From Chiloscyllium plagiosum (lineage: Eukaryota), in the NCBI RefSeq assembly GCF_004010195.1, contig NC_057719.1, positions 34,089,981 to 34,148,883 on the forward strand: 58,903 nt of DNA. Direction: 5' to 3'. Shown piece after piece: positions 49,725 to 58,903 of the stretch (positions are counted from its first letter, which is position 1; the number at the start of each line of letters is the position of its first letter). The notes under the pieces are model-generated. The model was not told the origin of the DNA and ran no database searches. It was given only the letters and a program-made list of their open reading frames with translations. Both the position numbers and the translations under genes were made by a program.

Positions 49725-50066
49725 TTTAGATGCAGGACGGGTGGTCCCAATTGTGGGAAAGTTCAGAACCAAGGATCATAGTTTAAGGATAAGGGGTAAA
49801 CCATTTACACTGAAATGAGAAGAAATGTCTTCACCCAGTGACTGGTGAATCTGTGGAATTCACTACCACAGAAAGTGGTTGAGGCCAAAACATTATGTGT
49901 TTTCAAGAAGGAGGTAGATATGGCTCTTGTGGCCAAAGGAATCAAGGGAAATGATGAGAGGATTAAGGTAATGACCTTGATAATCAGCAATGGTCATATT
50001 GAATGATTGGAGCAGAATTGATAGGTTATATGGCCTACCTTTGCTCTTATTTCTTCTATGTTTTTA
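49725..50066 (+). mobile_element. CR1 3' fragment (older subfamily)
   Basis: gaaatgagaagaaatgtcttcacccag..gtgaatctgtggaattc; ttctatgtttttatg tail. Confidence 0.8.
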
Positions 50067-50189
50067 TGCTACATTGTGAATGTTATCACGTGTCTTTTAA
50101 AGGTAAACTGATGTACAGTGCCTCTTAAACATACATTGACTGTGAAATGCGACACAAAAAAAAATTGAGCTCCAGAATTAGCCAAACCA

Positions 50190-50489
50190 TGTGAAACAGT
50201 GTGAAATAGGCCTTTTGGCTCACCAAATCCACACCGACTATCCCACCCAGACTCACAACCCTACCCTATCCCTGGATTCCCCATCACTAACCTGCACATC
50301 CCTAGACACTGTGGGCAATTTAGCATGGTCGATCCACCTACCCTGCACATGTTTGGACTGTGGGAGGAAACCCATGCAGACACGGGGAGAATATGCAAGC
50401 TCCACACAGACAGTCGCCAAAGGCCAGAATCAAAACTGGGCCCCTGGTGCTGTGAGGCAGCAGTGTGAACCACTGAACCACCATGCCTC
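50190..50489 (-). mobile_element. HE1 V-SINE
   Basis: ttggactgtgggaggaaaccc..ggggagaatatgcaagctccacacagacag. Confidence 0.88.
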
Positions 50490-51417
50490 CCGTAGCATCT
50501 CTACCATCTGCCTGACAATGCAGAAATTGCCCAGACATATCCTGGCCACAAAAGCAGGAGAAGTGTAGTCTAATGCCACCCCATCAGTCCACCGTCCATC
50601 GTCAGGAATGTGATTAGCCTTTAGTTCTTAGGGACAAGGGAATCAAATGGTATGGGGAAAATATTGGATCAAGGTGTTGAGTTGGACGATCAACCGTGGT
50701 CACACCGAATGGCGGAGCAGGTTCGAAGAGCAAAAGGGCCCACTCCTCCTATTTTCCATGTTTCTGTTGATGTAATGCGTCACAGACAGTGCTTTCAAGT
50801 GACACTGACATGGCAAAAAACCTGCCCACCTTGTGTTCCACGAGGGCGATTCAGCTCCTGACCAGGTATAATTTTGGGCCAAACATGGACAAAAGAGAAG
50901 TGTCCCAGAGGTGAGGTGGAATTAACTACCTTTGGCATTAACTGAGCGTGGCATCAAAGAGCACTATCATTTTAAAAAATCATGTTAACAAGGTAATTGA
51001 AGTTTTGCAATGGACTTGCCTAATATGATAACAAAAAATAACTGGGTCTAAATATTTTGTAGAGTTTTGATGAACGTGATTGATATAGAAAGCAGGAGGG
51101 ACACAAACCTCTGTTGAAATGACTGCAGGGCGGTAAAGCAATGAATGATTTAATGGATATTAAGAAACCTATTGTCAATGTTGAAAATACATTTGAAGTT
51201 CAGAGCAAGTAATTGCCTCACGGTATCACAGGACATGAATTGCTTCTGCAAAAGATCTAATTTGTTACGGTTTTGAGAAAGGAATTGGAAAGGCTGCTGA
51301 CTTGTAAGCAATAAACAGATAGTGTGGCAAACAGCAGCAGTAGCCATCACAGGATTTGTGATCTCAAAGGATTTTCTTCTGAAATATTTGATTGTTGAAG
51401 CTTACAAAAATTGAGAA

Positions 51418-51737
51418 TGATAGAATCCGTACAGTGTGGAAAGATGGTATTCGGCCCATTGAGTCTGCACTGACCCTCCAAAGATAATTCCAGCTAAGCC
51501 CCCTCCCTAACCTCACATGGCTAATCCACCTCACCTCCACATCCCTGGACACTACAGTACAATTTAGCACGACCAATCCACCTAACTTGCAGACCTTTGA
51601 ACTGTGGGAGGAAACCAGAGCAAACCCACACAGACCAAGGGGAGAACATGTAATCTCCACATAGACAGTCTCCCAAGGCTGTAATCGAATCTGGATGCCT
51701 GGTGCATGGACACAACAGTGCTAGCCACTGTGCCATC
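51418..51737 (-). mobile_element. HE1-type V-SINE
   Basis: V-domain and tRNA-head reverse complement; tagaatcc tail. Confidence 0.85.
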
Positions 51738-52554
51738 CTAAGTGCTGTTGTTTGCTTACTCAGATGTAATTTCTGGATAATGTGGAATGAGATAACAATT
51801 CTATTAAACCTTTAAAAAAGGGGGCACATTGAAGAAAACCAAAAATGCATTAAGAATAAAGGAATTAAGAAACCTTATCCTCAAAAAGATACTTATGTTG
51901 GGACAACATACTGTGAACCAGAGCAATTTCACTCCATGTTGCGGTTTAACCCAAGTGGTTTTGTAATTATTTGATTACTTGTGATTTTGCTACACATAGC
52001 AACCAGACTTCCGCCATGGATACTTAATGGCCAAAAGCATTAACAACCTCCTTAGAACTCCAAATTGTGGTTTTAAATACCGAAGGTAATGGCTTTTTAC
52101 AATGGAACAATATCTTACATATTAAAATCACAATGAAGCTGCTACAGCAAAGAGGTCCAGGAAAGCAAGGTTAAACAGGAAAGCATGAAAGGGACCTGAG
52201 GGTGATTCACACAGGAAGGAACTTTAAATTCAGCAATGCCATTTGACCTCATGCTGAGTTCAAACAGATTCCAGTTTAGCTGTTGCAAAGGTCTTAATCT
52301 ACAGTTTGGGAGTCACAAATGTATTTCATGGATGTAAATTTTTTGAATGTGAGGCAAGGTATATTTGACTGTAAAGTTCTTTCAATTATCACCCCTTAAA
52401 AATGAAATAAAAGCTGGCAGAGTCATGACAGTTAAAAATATCACTAAAGCATTTTCAATAATTGTTCCTTAACAATTCCATAATAAATCTTTATGAATGC
52501 TTGGGTGATTTCCAAAGATTAGCTCAGCAGATGGTTCTCAGTTCTCATTTTAAT

Positions 52555-52870
52555 TTTTTTTTACTCACTCATGAGATGAGGACATCGCTGGCTGTGTGGG
52601 CATTTAATGCCAGTTCCCAGTTGAACTTATGAAGGTGATGGTGAGCTGCTTTCTTCAACCATTGCAGTCCATGTGTTATAGTTCGACCCACAATGATGTT
52701 GAGGTGAGAATTGCAGATTTTGACCGAGCGATACTGAGAGAATAACCTCGTATTTCCAAGTCAGGATAGTGAGTGGCTTGAAAGGAAACTTGCAGATGGT
52801 GGTCAACCCATGCATTTGCTGCCCTGTCCTTTTAATTGGTAGTGGCCATGGGTTTAGAAGCTGCTGTCTA
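52555..52870 (-). mobile_element. L2/CR1-group LINE 3' end
   Basis: Homologous to 42157-42460. Confidence 0.75.
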
Positions 52871-54171
52871 ACTGCTGGCAGTTTAAAGAGCTACTAAAGG
52901 ATTAGTTAGCTTTGATATGAGTAATGAATTGAAGAGTGTCTGTTTTAAAGGAGATTAAGCAATTAAAAACAAAATTTTTGAATGACTTCCATGAGTAAGT
53001 GCCTTTTTTTGTTTTATTATCAAGTTCATATCATAAAATTAGTATGAAATTTTTAGAACCTGGTTTTGCTTCATTACCACATGGCTCCTGAGGTTTGCCC
53101 AGTTGGATACTGGCTGAGTTAACATAGGCACAATTTCACATGGGAGTGCAAAGGTCAATGGTGCGGAGGAGCATAAATTAACATGGGACTAAAATGGAGC
53201 CTTGGAGATGGATGGTTGTAGGGTGATGAGAGGTGCAGTTTTATATTTTAAACAGAATAAAGGATTATTTTATTGCACATCCTTTTCTGGAAGTTACCTA
53301 AATAGGAAGTGATAGGTTAGAAGCAGGGGCAAAGATTTAAAATAAGTAAGGCAAAAAGATACATATAAATATGAAACTGAGGCCAGTCTCTTCTATCGCT
53401 GCAGGCCCAGCTCACTTGAAGACTCTGTTTCTAAAATGTAAATGTTGAAAAATTGATGTTTGATTCAGTAGCTGCAATGAGTTCTTAATCAAATAGTTAA
53501 AGGTTGCTCCCATAGGTGGACAGAGTGGAATAGTTCTGCACTGTAGGTTGTGTTTCTTGATAACTTGATTCAGTACAACAGTCTTGGATGGCGCGCTGTA
53601 TTTCACCATTGAGATGTCTATTTTTATGATGATCAAATGATTCTCCTCAAAACAGCCTTTTCCAGTCTGTTTTGCCACACCGCAGCCACTCTCGGAATGT
53701 GTTAATATTGCTGTAGCATTGCCTCACAAAGAAAGGCTGATTGGCAGGGATTCCTTGCGATGGCCTTCTGTTCCACACTACTGAAGCTTTTGAGTGTTCA
53801 ATGCACAGTCCTGGAATCCTTGAATGATTTCCTGACCCTTAGTGACAGACTTTGAAAATAGCACAATCTGATTGTCCATATATTGTTGATGGCCGTTGAA
53901 TCAAAAGGAAAGAAATATGGCATTGGGGTCCATTTTGCAAAACCTTATATTCATTTTAAAGATAGATGAGCTTTCTTTATGAAATATATAAGAACTGCAT
54001 GCTGTCACCAGCATCATTCAGCCACGGAAGAATAATGCACCAGCAACTCTTTACATACTGCTGGCATTCATCTTCAATGCCTTATACAAATATACAAACA
54101 AGGAACATGTGTAGGCCACTCAGCCCTTCATGCCTGCTCCGCCATTGAATGAGATCATGGTTGAGCTTTCC

Positions 54172-54863
54172 CAGGTTCATGGCTTCTTGAAAGTGGAGTC
54201 ACAGATAGATAGGATAGTGAAGAAGGCGTTTGGTATGCTTTCCTTTATTGGTCAGAATATTGAGTACAAGAGTTGGGAGGTCATGATGCGGCTGTACCAA
54301 ACATTGGTTAAGCTACTGTCGGGTCTCTTTCCTATCAGAAACTTGAAAGGGTTCAGAAAAGATTTACAAGGATGTTGAAAGGGTTGGAGGATTTGAGGTA
54401 TAGGGAGGGGTTGAATAGGCTAGGGTTGTTTTTCCTGGAGCATCAGAGCTGACCTTATAAAGGTTTATAACATTATGAGGGGCATGGATAGGATAAATAG
54501 ACAAAGTCTTTTCCCTGGAGTGAGGGAGATAAATAGACAAAGTCTTTTCCCTGGAGTGAGGGAGTCCAGAAATAAAGGGCATAGGTTTAGAGTGAGAGGG
54601 GAACGATATAAAAGAGACCTAAGGGGCAACTTTTTCACGCAGAGGGTGGCACATGTATGGAATGAGCTGCCAGAGGAAGTGGTGGAGGCTAATATAATTG
54701 CAACATTTAAAATGCATCTGGATGGGTATATGAATAGGGAGGGTTTGGAGGAATATGGGCCGGGTGCTGGCAAGTGAGACTAGATCCAGTTGGGTTTTCT
54801 GTTCGGCATAGACAAGTTGGACCAACGGGTCTGTTTCTATGGTGTACATCTCTATGACTCTAT
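54172..54863 (+). mobile_element. CR1 LINE 3' part with a 36-bp internal tandem duplication
   Basis: QIDRIVKKAFGMLSFIGQ; RGNFFTQRVAHVWNELPEEVVEA; duplication at 54492-54563. Confidence 0.93.
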
Positions 54864-55088
54864 GCTAACTCATCACATAGCTTCTTCCCTATCATTATTA
54901 GACTAATGAATGGATTCTCCAACTTCAAATAATGCTGATCTTGTTCATGTTGATCTTGGCTGGCACACATCCTATGTGGTGTAACCTGTACACCTTACTC
55001 TGGCCAAGTTTGTTTTCACCCTACGATCTGTATGTCTTTGCTTACTAAGATCTACCAGTACTGCTCACAAACAAAGCTTTTCACTGCA

Positions 55089-55262
55089 CAGAGGAACCTC
55101 AATTATCCGGCATTTGATTATCTAAACATCGGATTATCTGCCAAGATCACAAGGTCCCAATGCTTGGCTAAACCATGTTATCCGACATTTGATTATCCAG
55201 AATTCAATTAACCAAACAAAATACTCCCCCATCGTGTCCTTTGGATAATTGAGGTTCTTTTG
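55089..55262. mobile_element. Tigger-type MITE inserted in a Rex1/Babar tail (tail ~54870-55300)
   Basis: TIRs cagaggaacctcaattatcc and ggataattgaggttcttttg; removing the element restores aaagcttttcactgTActttggt..cgtgacaataaatcaaatc. Confidence 0.85.
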
Positions 55263-57043
55263 TACTTTGGTCCACGTGACAATAAATCAAATCAATCAAT
55301 ACCATTGTGCTACAGAGCTCACAAATCTCCTTTCTATTCTAGATCTAAGTAGATTAAATTGGTAAAGGACGAACCACTAGTGAGTCTTAACAAGAAGAGT
55401 CACTGTCTTAACAAGAGGTAGTCTCTTGCATAGTAACAATAGGTACAAGTAACAAAGACTATTTAGAGATAATTACTAAAAAAATATCAGCAGCCACCAA
55501 TGACATGTCTGACCCCATAGAATCATGAGCCAGATGCAAGATTTTTCACCCAAGACTGTGCAGCATCATCACATTAGTGGAGCTTAATGCAATTTTCAAC
55601 ATGAACACTCTTGGAAGCATTACGTACACAACATCTCCCCACATGCTAATCCTTCCACATATTTGCATTTATACATTTAAGTATATAATTAGTTTTACAT
55701 TTTCCACTGCTATATCTTCCACCAAACCTCTGATTTCACAAATTCAAGAATTCTGGATGCCCCCAAATTCTTTCAGAATATGATTGTTTCCGTCTTAGAA
55801 GCCTGGTAGGTCTTTGGCTTGAGATCTACTGACTTTGATGCAGATTGTCAGCTGATTGATCTGAAAACTATTCCTCCTGTGGAGGAGGATCTTTCATTGT
55901 CTGGATGTCATTGCAGCTAATCCGAGCAGTGCTTTCTTGTTTGCAAGATCCTGGATTTTTAGACCAGGCCCTTTCATTATCTTGACCCTACCCTAAACAT
56001 GTGGATGTTGGTCCGTCTTCCATGAAGTCGCACGCAGCTCATTTCCATTTTGTTCAAACAAATCTTCATTCTCAATCTCCTGTTACACCTGTGCTGAAGT
56101 ATGTAAGATATGTCCCTCAACCTGTTGAGTAGATTAAAGATTTTCATTTGCCCTCGGAGCATATGTTTTTGGTGAACTAAATATTTTCATATCCGCAATG
56201 ATGTTACTGGGGATTCCTGTTTACTTAGCATTATCTTAGTCACCAGTATTTATAATTCATCTGAGAAAGGCTGTTGAGCCTGTGTCTGTGCATCATAGTA
56301 TCAAGGTCAAATCTGCTTATCAATTTCTCCAGCATACTGTATTGCTGTCTGAACAATTTCAATTAAAATTTCCTCAATGCACTCAAGTGGCACAGTTTTA
56401 ATAACTTTCTCCAAAGTCAAATCTCTATAGATAGCAATAAATCTGACAAAGACTCATCAATAATACCAATGAAAATTCTCTCTCTTAAAAATTTGATTTC
56501 AAAGCTCTATAGACCCAGTTTTCATTTAATCTGTTGTAACCATCAATGGAATAATATATAGATTCCCTAAGTGCTAAACTTTTCTGTTAAATTGTGTGCT
56601 TTCAAGAATTTTGTTTATTCTCAGACAAAAGTAGTTCCAAAAGCTTGAACAACTTCTATAAAATGTCTGTAGTGTGCCTGCCTCTTTATTCTGGCAATTT
56701 ATGAGGTAGTCAGATCTCGGTCCAACTGAATATAATAGTTCATTCAATTCTTCGACTTCAATTTTAAAACAATTCTACAAGTTGAGAATGGCTTTCCCCT
56801 GGATGTCCAATTTATATTCAGTCTAGCACATCTTTCTAAAAACATCATTGGGAAATGTGGGCTTTGCTGGTGACCTTAAGATAGTGAAGGTGTGCTGCCT
56901 TTTGAATCGCTGCAGTCCATTTAGTGTAGGTGCACACACAGTGTTGTTAGAAAGACAGTTAAATGATCATTACTCAGGAACAGGAAAGGAATGATGATGT
57001 ATTTCCAAATCTGGATAGTGACTAGACTGAGGAGAAATTGCAG

Positions 57044-57150
57044 TCAAGATTAGAGTGGTGCAGGAAAACACAGCAGGTCAGGCAGCATCGAAGGAGCAGG
57101 AAAATCTAATCTTTACTCTAATCTCCAGCATCCACAGTACTGACTTCCGC
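57044..57150. mobile_element. PLE-terminus insertion (family A variant), 17-bp TSD
   Basis: ctgaggagaaattgcag at 57027-57043 and 57151-57167. Confidence 0.85.
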
Positions 57151-57224
57151 CTGAGGAGAAATTGCAGGCAATGACATACCCATGTTTCCGCTGCCCTTGT
57201 CCTTCTAGATGGCGGTGGTTGTAA

Positions 57225-57349
57225 GGAGAAAGTGAGGACTGCAGATGCTGGAGACCAGAGTTGAAACATGTGGTGCTGGAAAAACACAGCAGGTCAGGCA
57301 GCATCCGAGGAGCAGGAGAATCGATGTTTCAGGCATAAGCCCTTCTTCA
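57225..57349 (-). mobile_element. PLE-terminus insertion (family A), 14-bp TSD, ends at the hammerhead core
   Basis: ggc(g/a)gtggttgtaa at 57211-57224 and 57350-57363; reverse complement ctgaagaagggcttatgcctgaaacatc. Confidence 0.85.
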
Positions 57350-58206
57350 GGCAGTGGTTGTAAGTTTAGAAGGTGCTTTCCAAGGAGCTATGGTTAATTT
57401 CTGTAGTGCATTTTGTAAATGGCACATATCCCTGCTCCTGAATGCTAGCATTGGAGTAAGTGATGTTTGAGCACGTGGAACCAATCAAGTCGTATGATTT
57501 GTCTAAGAAGATGTCAAGCTTTTAGAGTGTTGTTGACATTGCACTCATCCAGGCAAGTGCAGGCAGGTGCAGTTCATTTCCTGGTTAATGGTAACCCTAA
57601 GGATGTTGATAGTAGGGGATCATGAGATGATAGTGCCATAGAATATCAAGGGGCAATGTTTTAGACTCTCCTTTGTTGGAGACGGTTATTGCCTGGCATT
57701 TGTGAGCATGCATTACCTGAAACTTATTTAGACCAACCTGGATATTATCAAGTCCTGCTGCATTTGGATGTAGACTTCTTCAGTATCTAAGGAGTTGTGA
57801 ATGGCACCGGACATTATGCAATTGTTGGTGAAATATCCCCTCTTCTGACCTTATGATAGAGGGTAGGTCATTGATGGAGTGGCTGAAGACAGTTGGGCCT
57901 AGGACACTACCATGAGGAATTCATGTAGAGACATACTGGAACTGAGATGACTGCACTTCAATAACCACAGCTTCTTGCATTTGACTCCAACCAGTGAGAA
58001 TCCTTCACATTGACATTAGTTTTGCTCAGGGTCCTTAATGCCACATCAATCGAGAACTGCCTTGTGGTCTGGCACAGTCACATTCACCTCACCTCTGGAG
58101 TTCAGCTGTTTTGTCCATGTTTTAATCAGGCTATATTGAGATCAGGAACTGAATTTTTCTGGAAGAACCCAAACTAACCATTAGGGAGCTGTTTACTAAG
58201 CATGTG

Positions 58207-58745
58207 CATAGAGTCATAGAGAGTCATAGACCCTCATACAGCATGAAAGGAGGCCCTTTGTGTCCATGCCAGTCATCAAACATCCATCTTCTCTAATCCC
58301 ACTCTCCATCACTTGGCCCAGAGCCTTGTGTGCCACAGAGTTTCAAGTGCTCATCTAAATGATTCTTAAATGTCTTGAGGGTTCCCACCTTGACCATTAT
58401 TTAAGGCAGTGAGTTCCAGATAATCTCAACTCTCTAAATTAAAAAACACAATCTTTAAGTCCCCCCCCAAATTTGCTGCTCCTTACCATAAAACTGTGCC
58501 CTCTACTTCTTGATCCTTTTACTAAGAGGAAAGGTTTTTTTTTCCTATGAACCCTGTCTATTTTCCTTAGAATTTCATACACCTCAATCAGAAATCCCTC
58601 AGCCTTCTCTGCACTAATCTCTCTCCACAGGTGGATAACTCCATCCATGCAAGTGAATCTTTTCTGCACCCGACTGCAATCACATCCTTCCTTAATGTAG
58701 CAAACAGTGCAAACAGTGTTCCCACTGTGCCATAACTGATGTCGC
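58207..58745 (-). mobile_element. CR1 3' fragment, degenerate
   Basis: RVQKRFT..; SRSRGHSFMVRSSKF; catagagtcataga tail. Confidence 0.8.
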
Positions 58746-58777
58746 ATACAGCTCAGTCATCACCTCCTTACTCTTAG

Positions 58778-58903
58778 GTAAAAACAATGACTACAGATGC
58801 TGGCAACCAGTTTCTGGATTAGTGGTGCTGAAAGAGCACAGCAGTTCAGGCAGCATCCGAGGAGCAGTAAAATCGACGTTTCAGGCAAAAGCCCTTCATC
58901 AGG
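58778..58903 (-). mobile_element. PLE terminus (family A variant) with intact hammerhead core, truncated by the window edge
   Basis: Reverse complement of 58871-58903: cCTGATGA-A-GGGC tttt GCCT-GAAAC-GTC-gatt. Confidence 0.8.

Larger units (their letters stand above)
53400..56800 (-). mobile_element. Ancient, fragmented Ty3/Gypsy relic of a different lineage (gag/protease ~55750-56800; RNase H/integrase ~53400-54080)
   Basis: Minus-strand translation RERIFIGIIDESLSDLL..DLTLEKVI matches the Gypsy gag pattern RDRIV.GI.D..L...L...DLTLEK.I; weak H2C2 integrase-like remnant near 53520-53680; interrupted by CR1, Rex tail and MITE. Confidence 0.55.
56850..58200 (-). mobile_element. L2/CR1-group LINE, degenerate, with two PLE-terminus insertions
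   Basis: Reverse-complement homology to 35720-36808 and direct homology to 42157-42840. Confidence 0.75.

Noticed and set aside
207..58747. The many short ORFs in the six-frame track as host genes
   Set aside because: Those with recognisable motifs are TE fragments or their antisense frames; the rest are short, lack domains and form no coherent exon chain

Overview
Repeat-dense eukaryotic non-coding DNA, almost certainly from a cartilaginous fish (shark); this is inferred from HE1-type V-SINEs and their partner CR1 LINEs. I find no convincing host protein-coding gene, and every recognisable ORF is a decayed transposable element. Main contents: (1) a full-length but disabled Gmr1-like Ty3/Gypsy LTR retrotransposon (19244-26591) with ATTA TSD, tRNA-Pro PBS, SCAN-like gag and integrase upstream of RT/RNase H, plus a solo LTR and an internally deleted copy of the same family; (2) a 5'-truncated Penelope-like element (RT + GIY-YIG) with inverted pseudo-LTRs (47565-49375); (3) about a dozen short Penelope-terminus insertions, several palindromic and flanked by 14-17 bp TSDs; (4) many CR1, L2/CR1-group and Rex1/Babar LINE fragments, HE1 SINEs, Tigger-type MITEs, PIF/Harbinger remnants and an older, different Gypsy relic. 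The most interesting signal is a set of minimal hammerhead-ribozyme motifs (CTGANGA-stem II-GAAA-palindromic stem III-NUH) in two distinct Penelope terminal-repeat families. One family appears to spread as tiny non-coding hairpin units. Several near-perfect local inverted or tandem templated duplications also occur.
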